NCBI GenBank assembly: GCA_029820295.1
Contig: JALGVA010000003.1
Location: 4,161 to 68,160, forward strand
Reading direction: 5' to 3'
From: Candidatus Zipacnadia bacterium
GTDB lineage: Bacteria > Armatimonadota > Zipacnadia > Zipacnadales > UBA5352
Length of the DNA stretch: 64,000 nucleotides
This document shows positions 1 to 9,131 of this stretch, piece by piece (positions within the stretch are counted from its first letter, which is position 1; each line of letters starts with the position of its first letter). A program made the translations under genes and the position numbers. Below the pieces are notes generated by a model. It saw nothing but the letters and a program-made list of their open reading frames with translations, was not told the origin of the DNA and made no database searches.

Positions 1-588
1 GACCTCACCTTCCTCGTCGGTCACGGCAGGGATGTCCTGGGGCATCTCGGGAGAGGCCTCGGACTCAGGCGCGCACTCGGCCGGGGTGTCGTCTCCCTCA
101 TCGGCTTCGGCCGGGCCCTCCGCCGGCGCCTGCGCGTGGGCGCACGGCTCTGTGGCCTCCTTCTCGACCTCGGGCGTGTCCTCGGCTTCGACCTCGACCT
201 CGACGGCCGCGGTCTCGATGTCCTGCTCGCCGACCACCGGCGCCTCGTCGCCGACTTCGACCTCGCCCGGCTCCTCGGCGGCGCGCCGGCGGAGTTCCTC
301 GATCTCGCGCTCGAGGCGCGCGATGTCCTCGCCGATGCGGTCTATGCGGCTGCAGTCGGCGAGCAGGTCGCGGTTCTGCACCTTGCCCTTGCGATGCAGC
401 GCATAGACCTTGTTGCCCATGTCGGTCAGCACCTGCCGGCGCTCGCGGGCGAGTTCACGGATCTGGCTGCGCCGCGTCTGCAGCGCGTTCACGTCCTCCC
501 ACCACCGGCTGACCAGGTTGCCGGTGCGCCGCGCCCAGCGACTGAGCCGGCGAGTCGTGGACTCCACCTTCTCGTTCAGATCTGACAT
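1..588 (-). CDS. hypothetical protein, N-terminal part only (continues past left window edge); coiled-coil-like N-terminus followed by acidic E/A/P-rich low-complexity region
   Basis: ATG at 586-588 (minus strand) with GGAGG 7 nt upstream; frame stays open to position 1 with almost exclusively G/C third codon positions; absent from the ORF track because there is no stop in the window; lies 64 nt downstream of the radical SAM gene on the same strand. Confidence 0.5.
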   Translation of the reverse strand, partial: MSDLNEKVESTTRRLSRWARRTGNLVSRWWEDVNALQTRRSQIRELARERRQVLTDMGNKVYALHRKGKVQNRDLLADCSRIDRIGEDIARLEREIEELRRRAAEEPGEVEVGDEAPVVGEQDIETAAVEVEVEAEDTPEVEKEATEPCAHAQAPAEGPAEADEGDDTPAECAPESEASPEMPQDIPAVTDEEGEV

Positions 589-651
589 CGTCGGACCTCC
601 TCCAAGCCCATCTGTCGATGATGCCCGTCGTTGCCTGAGATGATCGCTGAC

Positions 652-1581
652 TCACAGTGTGAACTGCCGGGGCCGGTCGTCGAGGCGGTGCAGGCCCGCA
701 TCCAGCGCCGCCTGCACGGCCGCACGGTACTCGTCGGCGGTGATGCTCCGGCACAGCTCCGAATGCTCGTGCGCCTGGTAGCACGGCCGGTACTGCGCCA
801 TCACGTTGACATACGTGTCGCGGCTGAGCGAGGCCAGGAAGCGCATGATCTCGGACGTGCCGGCCAGGCCGTCCGGCAACACGAGGTGCCGCACCAGCAG
901 CCCGCGACGCGCCAGGCCGTCGGGGCCGATGTAGAGGTCGCCGACCTGGGCGTGCATCTCGGTCAGCGCCGCGCGCATGACTTCCGGATAGTCGGGCGCG
1001 CCTGACAGCCGCGCCGCCACCTCGCCGTCGGCGTACTTCGCGTCGGGCATGTAGATGTCGAAGACGCCGTCGAGCAGGCGCAGCGTCTGCAGCGCGTCAT
1101 AGCCGCCCGTGTTGTAGACCAGCGGCACACGCAGGCCCGCCTCGGCCGCGATCACGAGCGCCGCCAGGATCTGCGGCACGTAGTGCGTGGGCGTCACGAA
1201 GTTGATGTTGTGGCAGCCGCGGGCCTGCAATCGCACCATGGTATTCGCAAGCTCGTCGGCGCCGACCTCCACGCCCTGACGCAGATGGCTGATCTCGTAG
1301 TTCTGGCAGAAGATGCAGCCGAGATTGCAGCCGGCGAGGAAGATCGTGCCCGAGCCGCCGGTTCCCACGAGTGGGCGCTCTTCGCCGAAGTGCGGGCCGG
1401 CCGAGCACACCATGGCGCGTTCCCCGCCGCCGCAGAAGCAGGCCGCGCCCGAGAGCCGCGCCGCCCGGCACTCGCGCGGGCAGACCACGCACGGCTCGAG
1501 CAGCTCGCGGGCCCGCTCGGCGCGACGCGCCAGCTCGCCGCTTTCGTGCAGCGCCAGATATGACGGCCACGAGGGCGCCAT
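652..1581 (-). CDS. radical SAM protein, PflX-like (pyruvate formate-lyase activating enzyme homolog, COG1313-type)
   Basis: N-terminal Cys-rich CVVCPRECR motif followed by CNLGCIFC radical-SAM CxxxCxxC cluster; 309 aa. Confidence 0.8.
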   Translation of the reverse strand: MAPSWPSYLALHESGELARRAERARELLEPCVVCPRECRAARLSGAACFCGGGERAMVCSAGPHFGEERPLVGTGGSGTIFLAGCNLGCIFCQNYEISHLRQGVEVGADELANTMVRLQARGCHNINFVTPTHYVPQILAALVIAAEAGLRVPLVYNTGGYDALQTLRLLDGVFDIYMPDAKYADGEVAARLSGAPDYPEVMRAALTEMHAQVGDLYIGPDGLARRGLLVRHLVLPDGLAGTSEIMRFLASLSRDTYVNVMAQYRPCYQAHEHSELCRSITADEYRAAVQAALDAGLHRLDDRPRQFTL

Positions 1582-1586
1582 GCGGA

Positions 1587-2351
1587 TCAGCTCCCCAGGC
1601 CGTCCAGCAGTGCGTCGAACTCTCCACCCACGCCGCGGAAGTTCATGTCGAAGTGCACCGGCGTGACCGAGATCAGGCCCGCCTGGACGGCGCTGATGTC
1701 GGTTCCTTCGGCGGCGTCGGACTCCAGCGGTTCGCCCGAGAACCAGTAGTAGCTGCGCCCACGCGGGTCCTCACGGCGCTCGAGCGAGTTCAGATAGCGG
1801 CGCCGCCCCAGGCGCGTGAGCACCGCCGGCCCGAGGTCCTCGGTGCAGAGGTTGGGCACGTTCACATTCAGGAAGGTGTCGGGCGGCAGGCCGACATCAG
1901 TCATGCGTCGGGCGAGGGCGGCGGCGAAATCCGCGGCCGGCCCGAAGATGCAGCTCTCGTAGGCGGTCACGGAGATCGCGAGCGCCTTGAAGCCCTGCAG
2001 CGCGCCCTCCATGGCGGCGGACGCGGTGCCCGAGTAGAGCACCTCCTCACCGAGGTTTGCGCCCATGTTGATGCCGGCGACCACAAGGTCCGGCGGCGGG
2101 CGATCATCGGCGGTGGCGAGGATGGTGCAGTCGGCGGGGGTGCCGTTGGTGGCGAAGGCCTCGGCAGCGGGCGCGTCGATCTGCACCGGCGTCATGCGCA
2201 GCGGCTTGTGCAGCGTGATGCCGTGGCCGGTGGCGCTCTGCTGGCGCTCGGGCGCAATGACCGTCACCTCGCCCAGGGGCGCAAGCGCGCGCACCAGCTC
2301 GCGCAGGCCGGGGGCGTAGATGCCGTCATCGTTGGTGATCAGGATGCGCAC
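1587..2351 (-). CDS. surE: 5'/3'-nucleotidase SurE
   Basis: N-terminal MRILITNDDGIYAPGL signature of the SurE family; 254 aa. Confidence 0.85.
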   Translation of the reverse strand: MRILITNDDGIYAPGLRELVRALAPLGEVTVIAPERQQSATGHGITLHKPLRMTPVQIDAPAAEAFATNGTPADCTILATADDRPPPDLVVAGINMGANLGEEVLYSGTASAAMEGALQGFKALAISVTAYESCIFGPAADFAAALARRMTDVGLPPDTFLNVNVPNLCTEDLGPAVLTRLGRRRYLNSLERREDPRGRSYYWFSGEPLESDAAEGTDISAVQAGLISVTPVHFDMNFRGVGGEFDALLDGLGS

Positions 2352-2391
2352 GAAGCGGGTCCGTTCCCGTCCATGTTGAGTGCGGTGGTTC

Positions 2392-3975
2392 TCAGAACTC
2401 GACGATTGCCAGGCGCGCGACGTCCGCGAGCGCCTCGATCTCGGCGCGCACTTCGGGCGCGATCGGCTCGGCCACAGTGACGGCCATCAGCCCGGCGCCG
2501 TCGAGCACCTCGTGCGCGACCTGGATGCCCAGGATGTTGATGCCCGCCTCGCCGAGGATGCGGCCGATGGTGCCGACGAAGCCCGGCCGGTCGGGGCGGG
2601 CGTTCCAAATCAGCAGCACGGTGCGCTCGGGCACGAAGTCGAAGCCAAAGCCAGCGACGTCCACGATGCGCGCCTGGCCGCGGTCGAGCAGAGCGCCGGC
2701 GACGCTGGTCTCCCCCGCCTCGTCCGCAACGGCCGCCTGCAGGAACTGCGAGTAGCCGCGCGCGGCGGCGGCGGCGCCTCGGCTGGTCTGCAGACCGCGC
2801 TCGGCGGCGATCAGCGGTGCGTTCACGTAGTTAACCGGCTCGCCCGCGATGCGCGCGAGCAGCCCGGCGAGGAAGTGGCCGCTGACGATGCGCAGGTGCT
2901 CATCGGCGGCGTCGCCGTGGGCGTAGAGCGCGGCGCGCAGCGGCGGCCCGGTCAGCAGTGCCGCCTGCAGCGCACCGAGGCTCTCGGCCAGCGGCAGGAA
3001 GGGCCCGATGCGGCTCAGCTCATCCGGCGACAGCGGCGGCACGTTCACCGGCCAGCGCGGTCGCCCGCCCTCGAGCACCTCGAGCACCTGCTCGACCGCC
3101 TCGCGGGCTACGTCCGCCTGCGCCTCCTCGGTGGAGGCCGCGACGTGGGGCGTGGCGACGACGTTCGGCAGCCCCACCAGCTCGGGGTTGGGCTCGGGCT
3201 CGGCCTGGAAGACGTCCAGCGCCGCGCCCGCTATGCGCCCCTCGCGCAGCGCCGCCAGCAGGGCGGCCTCATCCACCAGCCCGCCGCGCGCGCAGTTCAC
3301 CAGCAGCGCCGACGGCTTCATCAACGCCAGCGCGTCGGCGCCGATCAGGCCGCGCGAGTTCTCGGTCAGCGCTGCGTGGAGGCTCACCACGTCCGCCGCG
3401 CGCAGCAACTCCTGCAGTGCGACCGGCTCCACGCCCAGCTCGCGGATGCGCTCGTCGGGAACGAACGGATCGTGAGCGACCACGGTCATCTCGAAGGCGC
3501 GGGCGCGCTTGGCGACCTCCCGGCCGATCTTGCCGAAACCGACCAGCCCGAGCGTCTTGCGGTAGAGCTGGCGGCCGGTCGCCTGCTGCTTCGTCCAGCG
3601 TCCGTCCTTGAGCGCGGCATCTGCGGCCGGGATGCGTCGCGCCAGAGCCAACAGCATCGCCATCGCGTGTTCGGCGGCGGCGATGGTGTTGCCGGTCGGC
3701 GTGTTGACCACCGCGATGCCCCGGCGCGTGGCGGCGTCGAGGTCGATGTTGTCCACGCCCACGCCCGCGCGCGCGATGACGCGCAGGCGCCGCCCGGCCT
3801 CGATCACGCCCTCGTCGAGGGTGGTCGCGCTGCGGACGATGGCCGCGTCGGCGTCGGCGATGGCCTCGATCAGCCCGTCGCGGTCGAGCGCACACGCGTC
3901 GATCATCTGGGCGCGCCCCGCCAGCAGCGCCAGGCCCTGCTCGGCGATCGCATCGCAGATCAGGACTCTGTGCAT
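2392..3975 (-). CDS. serA: D-3-phosphoglycerate dehydrogenase (2-hydroxyacid dehydrogenase with C-terminal ACT-like region)
   Basis: GLVGFGKIGREVA NAD-binding motif, D-isomer 2-hydroxyacid dehydrogenase catalytic region, about 525 aa long form; start chosen at MHRVLICD (ATG 3973-3975) abutting the upstream aminotransferase stop; ORF track gives a longer 4011 start. Confidence 0.85.
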   Translation of the reverse strand: MHRVLICDAIAEQGLALLAGRAQMIDACALDRDGLIEAIADADAAIVRSATTLDEGVIEAGRRLRVIARAGVGVDNIDLDAATRRGIAVVNTPTGNTIAAAEHAMAMLLALARRIPAADAALKDGRWTKQQATGRQLYRKTLGLVGFGKIGREVAKRARAFEMTVVAHDPFVPDERIRELGVEPVALQELLRAADVVSLHAALTENSRGLIGADALALMKPSALLVNCARGGLVDEAALLAALREGRIAGAALDVFQAEPEPNPELVGLPNVVATPHVAASTEEAQADVAREAVEQVLEVLEGGRPRWPVNVPPLSPDELSRIGPFLPLAESLGALQAALLTGPPLRAALYAHGDAADEHLRIVSGHFLAGLLARIAGEPVNYVNAPLIAAERGLQTSRGAAAAARGYSQFLQAAVADEAGETSVAGALLDRGQARIVDVAGFGFDFVPERTVLLIWNARPDRPGFVGTIGRILGEAGINILGIQVAHEVLDGAGLMAVTVAEPIAPEVRAEIEALADVARLAIVEF

Positions 3976-3976
3976 C

Positions 3977-5137
3977 TCAACTCCCATCCGCGCCGACTCG
4001 ACGTGCTGCATCGCGCGCGGCGTCGATCATCGCGTTCGCGTCGCACCCGTGCCCGAGGTTCGCCAGGCCGTCGGCGACGCCCTGCAGCGTGCGCTCTATC
4101 TGCGCCATGTCCACCATGCCCATGTGGCCGATGCGGAAGATGTGACCCTTGAGGTCGCCCTGGCCGCCGGAGATGAGCACGTTGTGGCGCTCGCGCACGA
4201 GCCGCACCAGCTCGACGCTGTCCACGCCCTCGGGCACGTGCACCGCAGTCACCGTGTCGGACCGGCAGCCCTCGCGCGCGAAGAGCCGCAGCCCTGCCGC
4301 AAGCATCGCCGCGCGCGTCGCCTCGGCCATGGCGCGGTGGCGGGCGATGACCGCGTCGATGCCCTCGGCCTCGATCAGGTCGAGTGAGGCCGCGAGCGCG
4401 GCGATCAGCGTGGTGGCGGGCGTCCAGGGCGTCTGGCCCTTGTGCAGCGGCTCTCGGGCGCGGCGCAGATCGAGGTAGTAGCAGGGCATGGTCGCGGTCT
4501 CGGCGAGCCCCCACACCTCCTCCCGCACGCCCACGAAGGCGAGGCCCGGGGGGAGCATCAGACACTTCTGCGATCCGGCAGCGATCACGTCCAGCTCCCA
4601 CTCGTCGGCGCGCACCGGCACGCCGCCCAGGCAGCTCACGCAGTCGGTGATGAGCAGCGCGCCGCCATCGTGCGCGGCGGCGGCGACCTCGGCGATGGGC
4701 TGGGTGACGCCGGTGGACGTCTCGTTGTGCACGCAGAGCACGGCCTGGAAGTTGGCGGGGGCGAGGACGGACGCCAGGTCCTCGGGATCGACGGCGCGAC
4801 CGGGCTCGACCGGGAGCGTGGTCACCTCGGCGCCGAAGGTGCGGGCGATCTCCCCCATGCGCTCACCGAACTTGCCCCCCTCGACCGAGAGGACTCGGTC
4901 ACCCGGGCACAGGAAGCTGGTGATGGACGCCTCGACGGCGCCGGTGCCCGAGGAGGTGAGGATGAGCACGTCGCCGCTCGCACCCATGAGCCGGCGCAGG
5001 CCGTCGGTGCAGCGCTCCAGCAGGTCGGCCATGTGCTCGCCGCGGTGGTAGAAGGAGGCCCCGCCCAGCGCCTCGCGCACGGCCGGGGGCAGGTTGGTCG
5101 GGCCGGGAATCATCAGCAGAGGATCGCTGCCGGTCAT
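3977..5137 (-). CDS. class V aminotransferase (phosphoserine / serine-glyoxylate aminotransferase-like), likely serine pathway partner of serA
   Basis: MIPGPTNLPPAVREAL N-terminus and SQKCLM PLP-lysine region typical of AGXT/SerC class V enzymes; immediately upstream of serA on the same strand. Confidence 0.75.
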   Translation of the reverse strand: MTGSDPLLMIPGPTNLPPAVREALGGASFYHRGEHMADLLERCTDGLRRLMGASGDVLILTSSGTGAVEASITSFLCPGDRVLSVEGGKFGERMGEIARTFGAEVTTLPVEPGRAVDPEDLASVLAPANFQAVLCVHNETSTGVTQPIAEVAAAAHDGGALLITDCVSCLGGVPVRADEWELDVIAAGSQKCLMLPPGLAFVGVREEVWGLAETATMPCYYLDLRRAREPLHKGQTPWTPATTLIAALAASLDLIEAEGIDAVIARHRAMAEATRAAMLAAGLRLFAREGCRSDTVTAVHVPEGVDSVELVRLVRERHNVLISGGQGDLKGHIFRIGHMGMVDMAQIERTLQGVADGLANLGHGCDANAMIDAARDAARRVGADGS

Positions 5138-5195
5138 CGGTTCACTCGCCTTCGGGCCGCCGGTCGTCGCGGGCAGGCCGCGCAGGCCGGCGGCG

Positions 5196-5594
5196 TCATC
5201 CGCAGATGAGGGTCACGTTGATGCGCCGGTGCCGAGGGCCGTCCAGCTCGATGAGCAGGATGCGCTGCCAGGTGCCGAGGACGAGGTTGCCGCCCTCGAC
5301 CGGGACCTGGATCGAATTGCCCAGGAGCGTGGCGGCCAGGTGCGCGCCGGCGTTCTGGTCGATGCGGTTGTGGTGCCAATCGCCATCGGCGACCAGGCCG
5401 TCCATGAGCGTGAGGATGTCGTGCGCGAGGCCGTCCTCGTGCTCGTTGATGCGAACGGCGCAAGTGCAGTGGGGCACCGACACCGTGCACATGCCCGAGG
5501 CGACGTCGTTGTTGGCGACGATTTCGGCGACCTCGCCGGTGATGTCGAGCACCTGGCGCCTGGAACTGGTTGGGAGCGCGAAAGTCTTGGTCAC
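5196..5594 (-). CDS. YjbQ/UPF0047 family protein (secondary thiamine-phosphate synthase-like)
   Basis: 132 aa; GMCTVSVPHCTCAV...HEDG motifs characteristic of the YjbQ family. Confidence 0.7.
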   Translation of the reverse strand: MTKTFALPTSSRRQVLDITGEVAEIVANNDVASGMCTVSVPHCTCAVRINEHEDGLAHDILTLMDGLVADGDWHHNRIDQNAGAHLAATLLGNSIQVPVEGGNLVLGTWQRILLIELDGPRHRRINVTLICG

Positions 5595-5677
5595 GGATGC
5601 TCAGTCTCCTTGGGTCCGCTGCCCGGCCCACGTCCCCGCCCCGTCCGTCATCGGACACGCATGGATGATTGCTGCCG

Positions 5678-7387
5678 TCAGTATCGAGGCCTGATGTCCG
5701 CGAGCTGCAACTGCAGTCGGGGCAGGCCGGTGTAGTCGTCCAGCTTCGGCGTGAAGCACAGGTCGACGCGCCCGAAGCGCGGCAGGTCGTCGAGGCGCTC
5801 ACCCAGGCCGAAGCCGATGCACTCGAGCCGGCGGGTGCCATCGTCCACGATCAGCTTCAGGTGCCGGGCCGAAGCGCCCACAGTGCGCGCGTCACTCATG
5901 GCGACATCGCTCGCCACGAACACCGGCTCGGGGTTGCCCTCGCCGCACGGCTCCAGCCGCGTAAGCTGCACGGCCAGGTCCTGATCGATCTCGCGCAGAT
6001 CGACCTCGGCATCGACCTGAATGGTCGGGCGCAGGTCATCGGCGCCGATCAGCTCGCGGCCGATCGCGTTGAGCCGGTCGCGCAGTTCGGCGACGCGGTC
6101 GATGCTCAGCTCGCAGCCCGCCGCCAGCGAGTGCCCGCCGTAGCGATCGAGCAGATCACCGCAGCATCCGAGCGCATGGGCGACGTTGAAGGCCGGGATA
6201 CTGCGCGCCGAGCCGCGGGCGCAGTTGCCCTCCTCGGCCAGCAGCAGCGTCGGCAGGCCGGTCGCCTCAAGAACCTTCGAGGCCACGATGCCCACCACGC
6301 CGCGATGCCAGCCCTGGCGGGCCAGCACCACCACGCGGTCGCGGTCGAGATCGACCTCACGCTCGATCATCTCCAGCGCCTCGCGGAAGGTGGACTCCTG
6401 CTCGCGCTGGCGCTGGCGGTTGAGGCTGTCGAGGTGCAACACGCGGCGCCGGGCGTCATGCTCATCGTCGGTGAGCAGCAGCTCCAGCGCGTCGGTCGGG
6501 TCGGCCATGCGTCCGACGGCGTTGAGGCGCGGCGCGATGCGGAAGGCCACGTCGCGCGCGCCGATCCCCTCGCCCAGCTCGCACAGCTCCAGCAGCACCT
6601 GCAGCCCCACCTTGCGCGTGTCAGGCAGCACCTGCAGGCCGACGGCGGTGAGCACGCGGTTTTCGCCCACGAGCGGCGAGACGTCGGCGATGGTGCCGAT
6701 CGCCACCAGGTCAAGGAACGCGCGCTGCAACGAGCGCTGGGGCATATCCAGCCGCTCGCACAATGCCGAGGCGAGCTTGAAGGCCAGGCCGACGGCCGCG
6801 AGTTCGCGCTCGGGGTACTCCGAGTCCTGCCGCTTGGGGTCCACCACGAGCGCGGCAGGCAGCTTATCGCCCGGCTCGTGGTGATCGACCACGATCACGT
6901 CCTGGTCCTGCGCGCAGGCGCAGTCGATGACATCGTGGTCGCGCACCCCACAGTCGAGCGCGATGATCAGCCCGGCGTCGCCCGCCGACGCCCGCACCGC
7001 GCGCTCGCTCAGCCCGTAGGAGTCCTCGAAGCGGTGCGGCAGGTAGTAGCGCACCTCGGCGCCGAGGACGCTGAGGAACCGCACGAGCAGCGCGGTTGAA
7101 GTGACTCCATCGGCGTCGTAGTCTCCGTGTATCAGGATCGGCTCTTTCGCTTCGAGCGCGCCCACCACGCGGTCCACGGCCGCCGCCATGTCGGGGAGCA
7201 GCAGCGGATCGTGCAAGTCGTCCAGGGACGGGTTGAGGAAGTGCCTGGCGGCCGCGGGTGTCCTCAGACCACGCCCGGCAAGCACCGCCGCGAGCACGGG
7301 GTGGACCGACAGCTCCCGCACAAGTCGGGCTTCGGCGGCACGATCGCGGGGTCGGATGATCCAGTCAGTGCTGTGGGCTGTGGGCAT
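5678..7387 (-). CDS. recJ: single-stranded-DNA-specific exonuclease RecJ
   Basis: DHH motif region ILIHGDYDADGVTSTALL and DHHA1-type C-terminus; start set at internal MPTAHSTDW (ATG ending 7387) because the upstream 124 aa of the ORF are low-complexity R/P/A-rich and overlap the gcvH promoter region. Confidence 0.8.
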   Translation of the reverse strand: MPTAHSTDWIIRPRDRAAEARLVRELSVHPVLAAVLAGRGLRTPAAARHFLNPSLDDLHDPLLLPDMAAAVDRVVGALEAKEPILIHGDYDADGVTSTALLVRFLSVLGAEVRYYLPHRFEDSYGLSERAVRASAGDAGLIIALDCGVRDHDVIDCACAQDQDVIVVDHHEPGDKLPAALVVDPKRQDSEYPERELAAVGLAFKLASALCERLDMPQRSLQRAFLDLVAIGTIADVSPLVGENRVLTAVGLQVLPDTRKVGLQVLLELCELGEGIGARDVAFRIAPRLNAVGRMADPTDALELLLTDDEHDARRRVLHLDSLNRQRQREQESTFREALEMIEREVDLDRDRVVVLARQGWHRGVVGIVASKVLEATGLPTLLLAEEGNCARGSARSIPAFNVAHALGCCGDLLDRYGGHSLAAGCELSIDRVAELRDRLNAIGRELIGADDLRPTIQVDAEVDLREIDQDLAVQLTRLEPCGEGNPEPVFVASDVAMSDARTVGASARHLKLIVDDGTRRLECIGFGLGERLDDLPRFGRVDLCFTPKLDDYTGLPRLQLQLADIRPRY

Positions 7388-7531
7388 TCTCGCACTCGTT
7401 ACGGCCTCTGGGGGCGTGGTTGAGCGCAGTATACGGCAAGACCGGGGGGCTGTCAACTTGGCCCCGGGGGACGGGTCACGGGCCCTGCAAGCGCCCATCG
7501 AGGGGCATGCGGGCCTTTTTCCGCCGGTCGG

Positions 7532-7560
7532 TTGACAGCCATGCAGCGCTGGCCTAATAT
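7532..7560 (+). promoter_or_regulatory. sigma70-like promoter TTGACA-N17-TAATAT upstream of gcvH
   Basis: TTGACA at 7532-7537, exact 17-nt spacer, TAATAT at 7555-7560; about 125 nt upstream of the gcvH ATG. Confidence 0.4.
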
Positions 7561-7685
7561 GATGGCGGCGTCGAGGCGGGGTGCCCGCACAACCACTCGC
7601 GCAGGGGGGCGACGACGCCGTTCGCAGGCCATTCCCGGCCCCGGCCTGACGGCCTCGGGCAGTAACCAGAACGAGGAGGCGCGCG

Positions 7686-8105
7686 ATGAGTTCGGGCGAC
7701 ATGCTTTTCGATGAGAGCCACATGTGGGTGCGGCTCGAGGACGACGACACGGCGATCATGGGCCTGTCCGACTACGCCCAGGACATGATGGGTGAGATAA
7801 TCTTCGTGGAGCTGCCGGAAGAGGGCGCGGCCATCATCCGCGGCGACGCGTGCGGCACCGTTGAGTCGGTCAAGTCGGTGGAGGACCTGCTGGCCCCCGC
7901 CAGCGGCGAGGTCGTCCGTATCAATGAGGAAGTGCTCGACGCCCCGGAGATGATCAACTCCGACCCGTACGGCGAGGGTTGGCTGATCGAGGTCAAGCTC
8001 GAGGACAAGTCCGAGCTGGGCGGGCTGATGAGTGAGGATGACTACGAGAGCTTCCTTGACGGGCTGGAGGGTGACCTGGACGAGGACGAGGACGAGGAGT
8101 ACTGA
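7686..8105 (+). CDS. gcvH: glycine cleavage system H protein with poly-acidic C-terminal extension
   Basis: lipoyl-lysine region CGTVESVKSVEDL; 139 aa ending EGDLDEDEDEEY; GAGGAGG RBS upstream. Confidence 0.85.
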   Translation: MSSGDMLFDESHMWVRLEDDDTAIMGLSDYAQDMMGEIIFVELPEEGAAIIRGDACGTVESVKSVEDLLAPASGEVVRINEEVLDAPEMINSDPYGEGWLIEVKLEDKSELGGLMSEDDYESFLDGLEGDLDEDEDEEY

Positions 8106-8133
8106 GTCCCGCGCGCACTGAAGAGAGCACATC

Positions 8134-9042
8134 ATGACCGGCCGGCCGCCCCCTGGGCCGGCCGGCTTCGTTCCGGGTGATCGTGTGACCGCCTGGCGAC
8201 TGCTGCGAAGCGGATGCGCGGACGGCGCGACCAACATGGCGGTCGATGAGGCCATCGCGGCCGCGGTCGCGCGCGGCGACCGGCCGCCCACCCTGCGCCT
8301 CTACGGCTGGCGGCCGCCGGCGGTCTCGCTGGGCTGCTTCCAGCCACTCGATGAGGGCATCGACCTCGCGGCGATCAATGCCCGCGGCTGGGCCCTCGTG
8401 CGTCGGCCCACGGGCGGGCGGGCGATCCTGCACGCCGACGAGCTGACCTACAGCGTGTGCGTGCGCCAGGACGACATCCGCGGCGGTCACAGCACCATGG
8501 AGTCCTACCGCGAGATCTCGCGAGGAATCATCGCCGGCCTGGAGCGGCTGGGCGGACAGGTCGCCCTGGGCGACGGCGTGGGTGCGCGCTCATCCGCGCC
8601 CGCGGAAGGGGCGGCCCGACCGATCTGCTTCGCGAAGACGGCGCGCTGCGACCTGCAGGCGCAGGGCCGCAAGGTAGTGGGCTCGGCGCAGATGCGGCGC
8701 GACGGCGGCATCCTCCAGCACGGCTCGATCCCGATTACCATCGATCTGGCCGAGCAGACCGCGGTGATGCCCGGCGGCGACCGGCGCGTGGCGTTGCGCG
8801 TGCTGGCGGGCGCGGCGATGAGCGTCAGTGAGCTGCTGGGGCGCCCCGTGAGCTACGAGGAGTTGGCCGATGCGGTGGTGCGGGGCTTTGCCGAGGCCCT
8901 GGGCGTGGACCTGCGCGAGGAGGCGCTGTCCGCAGAGGAGCGCGCGGTCGCAGCTCGTCTGCGCGCGGAGAAGTACGCGACCCGCGAGTGGACTCAACGG
9001 CCGGGGATGCACAATCGGGAATCGACAATGGCAGACGGCTGA
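8134..9042 (+). CDS. lipoate-protein ligase / octanoyltransferase family protein (BPL_LplA_LipB domain)
   Basis: WRLL...NMAVDEAI, RRPTGGRAILH and KVVGSAQMRR motifs of LplA/LipB catalytic domain; directly downstream of gcvH. True start may be an internal GTG near 8188. Confidence 0.7.
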   Translation: MTGRPPPGPAGFVPGDRVTAWRLLRSGCADGATNMAVDEAIAAAVARGDRPPTLRLYGWRPPAVSLGCFQPLDEGIDLAAINARGWALVRRPTGGRAILHADELTYSVCVRQDDIRGGHSTMESYREISRGIIAGLERLGGQVALGDGVGARSSAPAEGAARPICFAKTARCDLQAQGRKVVGSAQMRRDGGILQHGSIPITIDLAEQTAVMPGGDRRVALRVLAGAAMSVSELLGRPVSYEELADAVVRGFAEALGVDLREEALSAEERAVAARLRAEKYATREWTQRPGMHNRESTMADG

Positions 9043-9088
9043 ACTACCCACGCAGGCCGAGCCACTCTTCGCGGACACAAGCCGCTCT

Positions 9089-9121
9089 CCGGTTGCCCGT
9101 TGCCGGCTCCCGGTTCCCGCC
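9089..9121. repeat. tandem heptanucleotide repeat element (CCGGTTGC-like x4), copy 1 of dispersed family
   Basis: ccggttgcccgttgccggctcccggttcccgcc immediately 3' of the lplA-like gene. Confidence 0.5.
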
Positions 9122-9131
9122 TCCCCGCCCT

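Noticed and set aside
32-585. Plus-strand ORFs 32-406 and 136-585 at the left edge
   Set aside because: Both translate to serine/alanine or Leu/Asp/Ala-rich low complexity. The minus-strand frame has an RBS-ATG start, a clean open frame to the edge and coherent coiled-coil plus acidic-tail sequence, so the minus-strand partial CDS is preferred.
652-1581. AmmeMemoRadiSam three-gene system around the PflX-like radical SAM gene
   Set aside because: The radical SAM enzyme is of the right subfamily. The neighbours, however, are surE upstream and an acidic coiled-coil protein downstream, not AMMECR1 or MEMO1 homologs.
1371-4152. Long plus-strand ORFs (1371-2480, 2380-4152, 2958-3611, 3608-4387) overlapping surE/serA/aminotransferase
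   Set aside because: They are antisense to conserved enzymes (SurE, SerA, class V aminotransferase). Their products are Arg/Ala/Pro-rich repetitive sequences lacking any domain signature.
5669-7099. 476-aa plus-strand ORF antisense to recJ
   Set aside because: It shadows RecJ, which has clear DHH/DHHA1 motifs on the opposite strand. Its own translation is low-complexity.
7561-7685. Glycine riboswitch upstream of gcvH
   Set aside because: This was expected from context, but I cannot find the conserved GGAGAG / CUCUGGAGAG / ACCGAAGGGGCAA core elements. Only a generic stem is visible, so I do not call a riboswitch.
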